Source: Tetramitus jugosus
Taxonomy: Eukaryota > Protista > Heterolobosea
Length of the DNA stretch: 64,000 bases
Assembly (NCBI GenBank): GCA_937625935.1
Contig: OW569354.1
Coordinates: 248,001 to 312,000, forward strand
Direction of reading: 5' to 3'
The first letter of the stretch is position 1, and the number at the start of each line of letters is the position of its first letter. A program made the position numbers and the translations under genes. The notes under the pieces are model-generated. The model worked only from the letters and a program-made list of their open reading frames with translations, was not told the DNA's origin and searched no databases. This document shows, piece by piece, positions 11,886 to 22,281 of the stretch.

Positions 11886-12689
11886 AATGATTTTCTGTTG
11901 TTGTTGAATTTGACATGAATGTACGTGTAATTTGCTTGATTTATTAAAGACCCACTCTTTGGGTCTTGGTTTTTTAAGTTATATGGCTCAGAATTCTAAT
12001 TTTTGTCCACTAGTTTCTGGGCTTGTTGCCATGGGTACCGATCTAGCTAACATGGACAAGTGCGTCCATGGAGGATAACTCCCGGACAAACTTAAGAGTT
12101 TGTTGCCTAAAGAATACAGCTTCCTTAGTCCAACGAAGCCCCGATCCCTAGGACAAGATGGCCACTAAAACAAATCCCCGCAACGAAATGTTCCCAGCAC
12201 TCCGAGAGAGTTGACCCTTAAAAGTCAAACCTTCAGAAGAGGAAGGGATGATCCGTGGTAATCAGCGGCTAACTTTGAGAACAAGGTAAGTACAAGTTAA
12301 GAACAATTATGTATATTGATACTAGTATTTGAAAAAAGATTTACAGTACATGGTGTATTTAAACTTATCACATATGAATAGTTGAATAAAATCTCATTAA
12401 CAAATATATAAACATTAAAATATACATTGTTTATTTATAAATTGTTTAATATTTTGCTATGTTGCTTCATTTTGTTCATGGATGTGAATTTTCTTGGGAG
12501 GCCGCTTTTCAGAAAACTGAAGACGCAACAGTTAGAACTACTTCAAGTGACCCTTTGACGATCTCAAAAAAGGACTAAGAATACAAAAGCTCTGCTCTCG
12601 AGAGGACCCTGGTTGTGATGGGATGCTGCAATGAAGAAGTTGGTTACATTATTTGGATGACTTCATTCAAGCCTCCATGGATCTCACGT

Positions 12690-14444
12690 TTATTCATTTT
12701 GTTCTTCTGTTTCTTGTAGTTGTTGTTGTTGCTCTGCTTGTGATGTCATGGGAGTGGCAGGGAACACATCCTCGTCGTTCCTGAGTGTCGGAGTGCCCTC
12801 ACTTCCATTGCCAATCGCCAGAGAACTGTCATAGTGCACAACATCAACTGTGAGGTGAGGCTTTGATTTGAGCAGGTTGGCTTGTGAAGCAGTGTTTGTG
12901 GAAGCATCCAAACTACTCTCCTCCTGTTGTACTTGTTGATTGAATACTCTTGCTTGAGAATCATTGGTTTGTGTCCTCGGTGTTGTTCTTGGAGTCATTG
13001 AATTGTGTCGTTGTAGTTGATTGCTCTCCTCTTGAAGTTCCTCCATGGCTGACGGTTCCAACTCTGTGGCTTCACTCGTGTCCGTATTGTATTGACGCAT
13101 GTTGATAATTGGTTCCCAACAACTGGCAATACGGAATGGCCAATAGATGACAACAATGGCACTGATACCAAAGAAATCTGCTGCTCCTCTGGTCAAAATG
13201 GTCCACATGTACTGAGGTTTGTTAAAGTAGATGACAAGGAGACCTGCTGTACGGAGGTTGACTGCAAGGAGCAACAGAATCATGGCACAAGTGGACTTGA
13301 TGATGACCATTTTCTGTCGATTGTTGTTCTGACTGGGATTAGCACTGCCAACGACAACAACTCCACCACCACTTGTCATCGTCTTGTCATCTCCCACTGT
13401 TGTTGTTGTTGTTGTTGTTGGAAGAGTGCTGCTACTGGCATTCAATTGTTTGTTGAGTTGATGACTCCTGTACATCATGAAAATGACACGTATGCCCAAT
13501 CCGACAGCCACCAGCGTAATAAGAATGGTACCAATGGCAAATCCAAGTGCAGCAATAATGTTCCAGAAAATGTGCCAATATCTGGGAGAGGCCATGTGCT
13601 CCTTGCCAATCATGACACTCATGGCACCAGAAAAGAGTGCCAATGAGCTCTCAATGTTGATCAGAATGACAATGGTGTACAGTGCGACACGGAACCACTT
13701 TTCTCGTTCAGGAGTACCCTTGTACCACAAGAGTGCAATTCTCATCCACAGGATAATGAGCAATGAGATGAGTACCTGGTAGTACTGATGACAAAAGATG
13801 TGGATAAATGTGGCGACACGAGTCATGTAACGACTGGGTTGACCTGGCTTGTTGAAGAAGGCACCGATAATGGTGAGGATCTGGGCACCGATACGGATCA
13901 GAATATAGATGCACGCCATGAACAGAGTCCAGTTGAGAATGGCTCTCGTTCTATACCTTTCCAGTGTCTTGCTGTTGACTCTAAACTTTTTCTTATGGTT
14001 CCTATGTTGTTGGGAATGATTGGGATGGTGACGATGATTGTCTTCATTGTCCCTGTCTTCCGATGAAAAGAAGCAACACAGCAAGTATCCCTTGAGTCTT
14101 TCGAACCAGTGGTCCCTGGATCGAGAGCTCTCCTTGGGCATGAAGATGATGAAACTTCTGTTGCCGAAAAAGGAGGTAATGAGCAGAGCTGCTAGAATGA
14201 AATTGAGACAAATGCTCACACTGTCCACAATGACACTAATCATGACAGCTTTTGGTAAACCACCTAGCATTTCTACCGTTGCGTTGCCTGTTGAATTCGT
14301 GCTGTCGGTTGTTGCATTGCTTGCAATGAGCAACACAGTGTCCATGAGCCATGATGAATCAATGCCACCACTACGACCACTCGTTGGAGTGGTGGGTGCA
14401 GCTGTCGTCAATGTTGTTGTGAGGAGTGAATGATAAGGATTCAT
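12690..14444 (-). CDS. Seven-transmembrane serpentine receptor-like protein
   Basis: Seven hydrophobic segments, N-terminal NATT/NSTG/NATV glycosylation sequons, S/T-rich cytoplasmic tail. Confidence 0.75.
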   Translation of the reverse strand: MNPYHSLLTTTLTTAAPTTPTSGRSGGIDSSWLMDTVLLIASNATTDSTNSTGNATVEMLGGLPKAVMISVIVDSVSICLNFILAALLITSFFGNRSFIIFMPKESSRSRDHWFERLKGYLLCCFFSSEDRDNEDNHRHHPNHSQQHRNHKKKFRVNSKTLERYRTRAILNWTLFMACIYILIRIGAQILTIIGAFFNKPGQPSRYMTRVATFIHIFCHQYYQVLISLLIILWMRIALLWYKGTPEREKWFRVALYTIVILINIESSLALFSGAMSVMIGKEHMASPRYWHIFWNIIAALGFAIGTILITLVAVGLGIRVIFMMYRSHQLNKQLNASSSTLPTTTTTTTVGDDKTMTSGGGVVVVGSANPSQNNNRQKMVIIKSTCAMILLLLAVNLRTAGLLVIYFNKPQYMWTILTRGAADFFGISAIVVIYWPFRIASCWEPIINMRQYNTDTSEATELEPSAMEELQEESNQLQRHNSMTPRTTPRTQTNDSQARVFNQQVQQEESSLDASTNTASQANLLKSKPHLTVDVVHYDSSLAIGNGSEGTPTLRNDEDVFPATPMTSQAEQQQQLQETEEQNE

Positions 14445-15069
14445 TTGGAGAGGTTGTATAGTAGTAGTAAGTAGTCGTGGTAGTAAGTAAACGCAGTATG
14501 GATGGATAATAATTGTAGCTCACTGATATTGATTGGATTGTTATTGGTGTTGTTTGGTGTGTTGGTGGTTTTCAAGGAAATCACAAAACTCAACAGCAAA
14601 AGAGTGAATCTGTTAAAAACCAACTACCCTCTCAGGGGAGGAATGTCGCAGGTTCACGTGATAGGATAAGGACGAGTGTGTGATGTGAAAGGGGACTGTT
14701 GTTTCCCACCCCTGTAGTTCATTCCCAGTCAAACCACGAACGGGACTTAGACTAACAGAATCGTGAAATCCAACACACTACTTGATGATTAATGACAGCA
14801 GTTCAAAGCGGTTCACATGGTGAACTATGCAGTCAGAGGAAGAAGGTTCATTTATGGGTTTGTATTGCTGATTTTTGACACTTACGTTCTGGGAGAATTG
14901 CCATGATTGAAATGACAGATGAAAGATGAACTGAAGATGGAATGAAAATGTAAATGGGTTAAGCCCAATAGGAAAACTCGCGCAATAAACTGAAATTGTT
15001 TCTCCGCTTTCGGAAAACTTCAAACAAGGAAATCTGAACAATCCAAACGACACAAAAAAAAAACAAGCA

Positions 15070-15849
15070 ATGCCAAAACAATCATCATCATCATCACAAC
15101 CGAAACAACAACAACAACAACAACAGAATGATAAACAAGATAAGAAAAAGGGCATGTTTGGTCGTAGAACATGGGATGAACAAGTGTATGCACAAAAGGC
15201 ATCGGATCGTGAAGAACGAATGAACAGTGAAAATGATCACAAGAGAAAACTACCAGTCGCATCGTCAATGTTAGCATCAGAGAGAAAACCATTACAAGCA
15301 CGTTCTTCCACAACAACAACAACTACCACTGCCACTGCCACTACTACTAGTAGTAGTAGTAGTATGGGTGATTTGACAAGAAACGTGGGCAAGAGAACAG
15401 AATTACAGTTTCTGAGTTCAGAGGAAGCAGGAACAAGTGCAATCAGAAGAGTGAACACAAATGACAGTGGATCAACAGGTAGTGGTGGTGGTTTCTATTG
15501 TGACTTGTGTCAATGTTCCATCAAGGACAGCATATCCTACGTGGATCATTTGAATTCACGATTGCACATTTCGAACATGGGAATGGGAATGAGAGCACAG
15601 AGAGCTACACTTGATGCAGTGTTGAAAAAGTTGGATCAACCACCATTGCCTCACAGGAACAGAAACAGGAGAGGCGGTGGTGGAGCAACAGCAACAGCAA
15701 CCACCAGCAGTAGTAGTCGTAGTAGTCGTAGAGATCAAGAAGAAGCAGAATTGGAGCGCAAGGTATTGGAACGTCAATTCTCTCAGGCTCACAAGAAGAT
15801 GAAATTGCATAAAGCACGTAATCAACTACTGATGGATCAATCAGAATAA
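15070..15849 (+). CDS. ZMAT2: Snu23/ZMAT2 matrin-type zinc finger spliceosomal protein
   Basis: RRTWD, LQAR, GFYCDLCQCSIKDSISYVDHLNSRLH and MGM..RATL motifs. Confidence 0.9.
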   Translation: MPKQSSSSSQPKQQQQQQQNDKQDKKKGMFGRRTWDEQVYAQKASDREERMNSENDHKRKLPVASSMLASERKPLQARSSTTTTTTTATATTTSSSSSMGDLTRNVGKRTELQFLSSEEAGTSAIRRVNTNDSGSTGSGGGFYCDLCQCSIKDSISYVDHLNSRLHISNMGMGMRAQRATLDAVLKKLDQPPLPHRNRNRRGGGGATATATTSSSSRSSRRDQEEAELERKVLERQFSQAHKKMKLHKARNQLLMDQSE

Positions 15850-15994
15850 CAACAACAATTGTACATCCAGTGCACATCTCATCACACAATGAATGGATGG
15901 ATGGATACGAACAATGACGAACAACAAGAACAGATGGTGATTGAATCATCAATCATACAATCAGTCATGGTGCATTTTTTGTGGTTTGTTCATT

Positions 15995-18061
15995 TTATTG
16001 AATAATCAAGATGATACCGAGTCCATGAGGGGCCAACGATGATTCCTGAGTCAAATCATAGACGACACTGCTTGGCTTTGCTCGAATACCAATCGAGTAG
16101 GGTGGTAATTCGACTTGAACATTGGGTTCTTCTGATCTGAACCACCGAACTCCGCATCCATTGCCCAAATACGATGCGAACAAAAATCTTTCTTCAATGG
16201 TAGAAACCACTGGTTTCTGTTGTTTCTTGTTCTTGTTGTTGGATGCGAGTGATTGCTGACGAATGGTAATCTTGACAGTCTTCTTGTTGTTGAACTGACG
16301 AGCATAGACGGATGCCAAGTGTTGAACATCATTGACCCATGATTCCAAGTCATCTGAATGAATCTTCAAAAAGAACTCTGGATCCATCTTCAATTTTTGT
16401 TCTTCTTCTTCGTCTTCTTCTTCACCTTGCCTGTCTTCTTCATCATCATCTTCATCATTCTCATCTTCCCCATCTTCCAAGTCATCATAATCTTTACCAC
16501 TGTTCTTGCCACTCATGGCTCTTCTCTTCTTGTTGTTGTTATCGTTAGCTTCTTCTTCTTCTTCATCATCACTATCATTGTCATAGTATTCACCATAGTA
16601 TTTCATCATGAGCAATTGTCTCAATGTTTCTTCCACCATGGATCCAACATCGTTCACTCCAATCTTTTCAATCTCAATGGATGGAAACGTCTTGTACTCC
16701 ATGATCAAATTCTCCAAAAAGTGTTCCATTGTTTTCAATGAATTGCCATCACTGTTTGATTGTTGTTGTTGGCTTCTGTCTACAATGGTGAGATGCTTCT
16801 TCTTAACGTCCTTGAGTTGATCCAATGATGAAAAGACTTGAATATTCTTGTGTTTCTTTAACAGGGCAGAAGCAGAAGCACCAGCAGTTGTTGTTGATTG
16901 ATTCTTGTCCTTGATAGTTGTTGTTGTTGCTGTACTAGCACTAGTAGTAGTACTAGTAGTAGTAGTAGTAGCAGTAGCAGTAGTTGTCGTGTTCCATGCA
17001 GTGTTCTCAATGGCAAGAACAACTTGACTTTTGTTGAATCTTGCACTCTCAATCAAGAATCGATCATTCAATTCATTGTCAATCAATCGAGTACCAATCA
17101 CTCGAAACAAATCAACATTGCACTTGACTGTATCAATGACATGAGCGTGTTCCACTTGATTAATGACACTCAATTTCACTACGAGTTGATCCATTTGTTC
17201 CTCATTCAACAAATCACTAAAATTCAATAGAATGACACTGGATATGTCACATGCAAGTGACAATTTGGCATCATCTCTTCTCACATGAAAATTCTCATTC
17301 TTATTGTTGTTCATCATGTGTTGATGGAGAAAGTGAGCATTGGCAACAGAGACAATCGTATCGAGATAGATGGGTGATGAATACTCGGGGTTCAATTGCT
17401 CTTGTGATGAAATCTCATCAAAATACTCTAGAATATCAGTCAATTCATCCAATGTGTTGACATCTGTGACAATGGCATCAAATGGACAATTCTTTTTTAG
17501 ACCAATATTCTTCAATTGATTCAATCGATTACTCTTATTCTTGTTGTTGTCTTCTTTGAGTGCAAAAATCTTTGAGAAGCATGGTTTGTTTTCATCATCA
17601 GATGATGATGATGATGATGATGACTTTTGTGGTTGATGATTCTGAACAATATCATTGACCAAATCATTGGACAATAGGAATGCAATACTCAATCCCTGAC
17701 AATGATCAATCAAGTGTTGAATGAGTGAAGAACGACCTGCATGAGTAGTGATAGAGTTGAGAAGAATGACTGGAATGGGCAATGGAATATCATCAAGTGC
17801 CATTAATGATTCAAGCAATTCTTGTTTCATCATCATTTGTTGTTGTGGATGATTGTTGTTGTTGTTGTTGTGGTGAGACATTTTTTGTTTCTTATTGTTC
17901 TTGTTTTTTGAATGGGAATCAGATGATGGTGGAGGGACACTTCTCTTTTTGGTGTTGTTATTCTGAGTGTTCTTGTTGTTTTGATTGCTGATGTTCTTGT
18001 TTTTGGCTTTACTCTTGTTGTTGTTACTGCTGCTACTCTTGTTTTGAGTCAATTTTTTCAT
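15995..18061 (-). CDS. Degenerate CobW/COG0523 (G3E GTPase) domain fused to a DUF1826-like domain
   Basis: Segments IPVILLN..GRSSLIQHL, FDAIVTD, YLDTIVSVANA, VILLNFSDLL and INQ..AHVIDTVKCNVDL..VIGT follow the CobW order. C-terminal DVQHLASVYA...VKITI...RFLFASYLGNGCGVRW resembles DUF1826. First ATG is 18061. Confidence 0.65.
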   Translation of the reverse strand: MKKLTQNKSSSSNNNKSKAKNKNISNQNNKNTQNNNTKKRSVPPPSSDSHSKNKNNKKQKMSHHNNNNNNHPQQQMMMKQELLESLMALDDIPLPIPVILLNSITTHAGRSSLIQHLIDHCQGLSIAFLLSNDLVNDIVQNHQPQKSSSSSSSSDDENKPCFSKIFALKEDNNKNKSNRLNQLKNIGLKKNCPFDAIVTDVNTLDELTDILEYFDEISSQEQLNPEYSSPIYLDTIVSVANAHFLHQHMMNNNKNENFHVRRDDAKLSLACDISSVILLNFSDLLNEEQMDQLVVKLSVINQVEHAHVIDTVKCNVDLFRVIGTRLIDNELNDRFLIESARFNKSQVVLAIENTAWNTTTTATATTTTTSTTTSASTATTTTIKDKNQSTTTAGASASALLKKHKNIQVFSSLDQLKDVKKKHLTIVDRSQQQQSNSDGNSLKTMEHFLENLIMEYKTFPSIEIEKIGVNDVGSMVEETLRQLLMMKYYGEYYDNDSDDEEEEEANDNNNKKRRAMSGKNSGKDYDDLEDGEDENDEDDDEEDRQGEEEDEEEEQKLKMDPEFFLKIHSDDLESWVNDVQHLASVYARQFNNKKTVKITIRQQSLASNNKNKKQQKPVVSTIEERFLFASYLGNGCGVRWFRSEEPNVQVELPPYSIGIRAKPSSVVYDLTQESSLAPHGLGIILIIQ

Positions 18062-18194
18062 GAGTGGGTTTGTTTTTCTTGTGCGCTGTGTGTGTGAATT
18101 GTTGCGTTCATGCAATGTTTATGAATGTGATTGAACATTCAATATTTCACATCATGAAAAAGTGAGACCTCGCGTTTTAAAATGGAATAGTTTG

Positions 18195-19047
18195 TTATTC
18201 GTGGGTGAATACAACGCGCAACAGTGTGCAATCATTCATGATGGGTTCTGTTTCACTCAATCGTCTACCATCTTCTGATTCACAGTACCACTTGACTGTT
18301 GTACTCGTCGTGTGTTTCCTGTGCTTTGAATATTCTTGATGTTGCTGTTGTTCTAGCTGCTCTTGTTGTTGTTGTTGTCTGTGTCGATCAAACAGGGGAC
18401 GATATGCCTTGTGAACAAAGGATCGCACCGATGTTCCCTGCTTGATCATGACCACATCTTGAAACATGCCTTGTTTTTGTTCTTCACTCACATGATGTGC
18501 ATCATTGTTATTCTGCTGTTGATGAAGTGCAGTGAGACTGTATGACACGGGATACACTGCAATTTGTTTTTCAAGTTCAATGGCTTTGGCAACAGCTTGA
18601 TACACACCTGTGGTACCATATCGAAACAAGACAAAATCTCTGACATTGTCCAACATGGTCTCATGCTTTTGATTCTCAATGGATTTCAGAGTACTATCAT
18701 CATTCTCACTCTTCTCACTATTCTCACTATTATTATGATTGACACCATTCATGACATCCTTGAGTGTAATAAAGTCATCTGATCCTTCCAAGTAGTGAAT
18801 GTATCCATCAGATGCCATCTTTCTCAAAAAGATTTCAGAGAGTGCAGAAGTGAGAACGATGCGATCCTCGTCATACTTTTTACACAATTTGTCAATATTC
18901 TTTGCAGATGCCTTCATGTCAATCTTGTTGAGGGCAAACACTGTGGGGAATCGAATGCGCAGAAAGTCCCAAACAAATTGACGCACCATACTCTCATCCC
19001 ACGTCTCTATCAAATGTCTCGTCACTACTACTACTGCAGCATTATGA

Positions 19048-19082
<35 letters not shown>

Positions 19083-19909
19083 GTTGTTATTATTATTAGT
19101 AGTATGATTAGTATGATTAGTAGTAGTAGATACAGAGGAATCAAAGTGAGAAAAGCAAAGATTCAACTGCTCGCACAACTCTACCATAAACTTTTTGGAG
19201 CAACCATAGCCACTCAACTGATCAGTCAACGTCTCCACAATACTGCACTTTTTCCTCTTGTGCCTCGATATGATACTGCTCCATCGTTTCCACAAATTGT
19301 TGAATATCCATGCGTGCAACTCTCCATTCAACCAATCAATGTCATGAGAGGGATCGTAGCCCATGGTGACTTGTCCCTTCTCATCCGTTGTTCCACTCAC
19401 ATCCACCACATGGATCAACACGTGTGCATGTCTCAAATCATCTAGGAATTGATTGCCGAGACCTAGTCCTTCCGATGCACCTGGTATGAGACCTGCGACA
19501 TCTAGTAGTTCAACTGGAATGTAACGTGTACCGTCAACACACTTTCCATGATTTGGTCTGCAGTAGGGTTGGAAGAGTGGGAATTGAGAACAGGCACAGC
19601 GTGTTCGATAGAGATGAACACCACGGTTCGGTGCAATGGTAGTGAATGGATAGTTGCCTACTTTGGCTTTGGCTGATGTGGTAGCACTATGTTGGCAATT
19701 CACACATGTGAGTGAGTGAGAGTGATGAAATGTTGTATAATTGTCATAAAATTTACAATGATGATGATTTTGTATTATTATTATTATGATTGTGATTTTG
19801 TATGATGGTGCAAAAGAAGAGGCACATACTTGAGAAAGCTTGATTTACCAGCACTTGGCTTTCCGACGACACCAATGACAAGTGGTTTACTTTTGGAGGC
19901 GTGAGTCAT
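18195..19909 (-). CDS. YchF/OLA1-family P-loop NTPase, archaeal-type YGR210C subfamily (2 exons: 19909-19830, 19686-18195)
   Basis: GKPSAGKS (exon 1), GNYPFTTI, Cys-rich insert CAC...C.P..G.C, DVAGLIPGA..G.GLGNQFLDDLRHA, NKID and GTTGV. 143-nt GTATGT...TAG intron at 19829-19687. Confidence 0.93.
19047..19097. repeat. (AAT/AAC)n trinucleotide microsatellite encoding poly-Asn
   Basis: About 17 tandem TTA/TTG units inside the YchF-like CDS; representative of many similar tracts in the window. Confidence 0.95.
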
Positions 19910-20310
19910 CTTTGGTTGTGTTTTGTTTTTGTTTTTTGCTTTGAAAAAAACTGCTGCTGCCTAACCATCATTTTATCAAAATGGAGAACGCAGATGGAGA
20001 TTGAGTTTTTGTGCCCTAGAGTTTAGTCAAGATACGTGGATACACTAGTGGCCCACTCTGATTATCGAGAACCTTTCATTGAAACTTCACAGTAACTGTC
20101 AAGCAACATTTATCTGAATGCACGAACAACTAACCCAAACCACATAATAGTTAGGAAATGAAAAAGATCAGGCCCTCTCTGGACATGAATTGGCATAGGC
20201 AGTACTCACATATTGTTTTGTTCAAAAATGGGAACGATTTTATCGACTCCTTGCAACTGTTCGGTGAATTACTCCGATCGGCCTCTCTCATAAGAAAATG
20301 GCTATCACGT

Positions 20311-20382
20311 GGCCTAATAGCACAGCGGTAGTGCACCAGTCTTGTAAACTGGGGGTCCCGAGTTCGATTCTCGGTTGGGCCT
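20311..20382 (+). tRNA. tRNA-Thr(UGU)
   Basis: Cloverleaf: acceptor GGCCTAA/TTGGGCC, D arm GCAC/GTGC, anticodon arm CCAGT-CTTGTAA-ACTGG, T arm CCGAG-TTCGATT-CTCGG; no intron. Confidence 0.97.
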
Positions 20383-20385
20383 TCC

Positions 20386-20390
20386 TTTTT
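20386..20390 (+). terminator. Pol III oligo-dT terminator of tRNA-Thr
   Basis: TTTTT 3 nt after the discriminator base. Confidence 0.8.
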
Positions 20391-20393
20391 AAT

Positions 20394-21059
20394 TTAGAGG
20401 TGGAGCACTGCGAATACAACGGCAGCGAAGAGTGTAATGAACGGGGAAATCGACACTTTTCGTCCAGAACTTGATTGTTTTTGCTGTTGAAAGACAGGAC
20501 TTCCGACAACAGCAGCATTAATCTCTCCATTGCTGTCAACCAAGTCCTGATGAATCTGGGTGCTGACAATATTGTTCGCATCAAGGGAGGATGAATTTTC
20601 CCAACCTCCTTTTTCTCGATTGAAGAGTACAATATCCACATTATCGTTTGGAGACAGAAGATCCACCGCCTTGTAAAAGTAAATGAGCAGTCCCGTGAAT
20701 TGAGATGTAATGTTCAATGTGGTAAAACGAACAAATATCAAGTTCATGTTTCCAGGAGGTTTCGAGTCAGGAAATGGATTCTCTTCGAGTACATCAACTT
20801 TGAATGTGAAAGCTTGAGCAGATGGTAGGAGATCGACCTCCAAAAATCTGTTTTCTCTACCTGTCGAGAATTGATAACGAGCAACAACGAGCAAGGGAAC
20901 AAAATCGATGAACACACCTAGTGATGTTGGGGTAACATCACCTGGAAGCGGAGGACTGGTAATGGCGACGGTTGTTTTTGGGATACCCCAGTTCATAGCC
21001 AGTAATAGAATGAAGGAGAACAGTAAAAGAGGTATGAGGGGCCGTTTATGATTCATCAT
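20394..21059 (-). CDS. Secreted, probably GPI-anchored surface protein
   Basis: Signal-peptide-like MMNHKRPLIPLLLFSFILLLA, beta-rich body, then SSSG and a terminal hydrophobic tail (FITLFAAVVFAVLHL). Confidence 0.7.
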   Translation of the reverse strand: MMNHKRPLIPLLLFSFILLLAMNWGIPKTTVAITSPPLPGDVTPTSLGVFIDFVPLLVVARYQFSTGRENRFLEVDLLPSAQAFTFKVDVLEENPFPDSKPPGNMNLIFVRFTTLNITSQFTGLLIYFYKAVDLLSPNDNVDIVLFNREKGGWENSSSLDANNIVSTQIHQDLVDSNGEINAAVVGSPVFQQQKQSSSGRKVSISPFITLFAAVVFAVLHL

Positions 21060-21405
21060 CTTCTCGTAGGCGTTATGAAAGAAGAGGAGCGAACTTGGTT
21101 TTTTCTTGGTTGATGGTTCAGACAGCGGTGTGAGTTGAGTTGACTGCACCAACTGATCCCATCTTATATTTATCCAAAAATTTTTGTATTGTAAAGTATT
21201 CTCATTGAATACTTGACAAGAACTCTCAACTGTCATAATTCTGTTCCTCATGAACAGCAAAGTAGAAATCATTTGGTTCACAGGAAACTGTACAGTGGTT
21301 TTATTCACAACGATTAGTTGATTTCTGATGTGTGATCTACATCTGAGGTCTCATTCCCTCTTCACCAAATGGATCACACATCAAGACAGGTTGGTTTGAG
21401 ACCGT

Positions 21406-21921
21406 CTAGGCATTGCTTTTAACTTCACCAACTTGAATGTTTCTAACTCTCTTGTTCTCCCTTTGTTCCATCTTGGGAATGTCAACTCTGAGCAATCCAT
21501 TGCTCATGCTGGCCTTCACTTGTTCCATGTTGACATTGTCTGGCAATTTGAAGCATCTGTTGAAGGATCCGAAACTTCTCTCCTTGTAATAATACTTTCC
21601 TTCATCGCGCTTCTCCTCCTTCTCAAACTTCTTCTCACCCTTGATGGTCAACATTCTCTTGTCTTCGTCCAAGTCAATGTTAATGTCCTTCTTCTCCAAT
21701 CCAGGCATCTCCGCAACCAATTCAAATTTATTGTCCAATTCCTTGAGATCGACCTTCATGGTAGCAAAGTTTGTGCCACCGGTGGTGGTTGCCAATTGTC
21801 CACCACCAATATCATTGAAGAATGATCTCTCCAAATTGTCCAATCTTCTCTTAAAGGTGTCCATTCCCCAGTCCCAGTCCATCATTCCCCATTGATCAGT
21901 GTTTCTTCTTGCAAGTGACAT
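21406..21921 (-). CDS. Small heat-shock protein (HSP20/alpha-crystallin)
   Basis: VDLKE...AEMPGLEKKDI...LTIKGE...ERSFGSFNRCFKLPDNV...ASMSNGLLRVDIPK with C-terminal IQV motif. Confidence 0.96.
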   Translation of the reverse strand: MSLARRNTDQWGMMDWDWGMDTFKRRLDNLERSFFNDIGGGQLATTTGGTNFATMKVDLKELDNKFELVAEMPGLEKKDINIDLDEDKRMLTIKGEKKFEKEEKRDEGKYYYKERSFGSFNRCFKLPDNVNMEQVKASMSNGLLRVDIPKMEQRENKRVRNIQVGEVKSNA

Positions 21922-22024
21922 GTTTACGCTAGTGTGTGGTGCTTAATTAGTGGTTAAAGTTCTATACAATGCTTGTTGTGATTGTTTCTTAGTCCCAGAG
22001 TTTCGAAGAGAAAACCATGGTCGA

Positions 22025-22032
22025 ATTTATAG
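22025..22032 (-). promoter_or_regulatory. Candidate TATA box of HSP20
   Basis: CTATAAAT on the minus strand about 105 nt upstream of the ATG. Confidence 0.4.
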
Positions 22033-22281
22033 TGATGGGCGTGAAACTCTTGAGCAGATTGATCTCCGCCAATTTGTATTCCGAGGAATATTTTCACTCC
22101 TTCAAAACATTAAAAAAAACTTTGTCGCTCGTGATTCACGTTTTTCAGATCAGTGAGGGACCTTTTGAGTCCAAAACGATGAACAGTTAACCCAATCAGA
22201 TTGATCGAGTTATTTTGGTGAACCTAATCAGAGCAAGATTGCACTTGAAGAGATTTACGGAACTGACACGCTGTTCATTCA

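Noticed and set aside
11947-11975. Bacterial rho-independent terminator or histone stem-loop
   Set aside because: Eukaryotic context, no upstream plus-strand gene, and the sequence does not match the histone stem-loop; kept only as part of the structured block
12070-12145. RNase MRP/P RNA (GGATAACTCCCGGAC resembles GGAAAGUCCCCGGAC; CGGGGCTTCG on the minus strand)
   Set aside because: The two P4 halves are on opposite strands, and neither has a same-strand partner
14782-14872. C/D box snoRNA (TGATGA...CTGA)
   Set aside because: TGATGA is ubiquitous in this sequence; no terminal stem or convincing rRNA guide
20158-20331. 57-codon plus-strand ORF running into the tRNA
   Set aside because: Short, overlaps the tRNA, no recognisable motif
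21990-22140. Heat-shock elements upstream of HSP20
   Set aside because: No run of three alternating nGAAn units; only imperfect words and short palindromes
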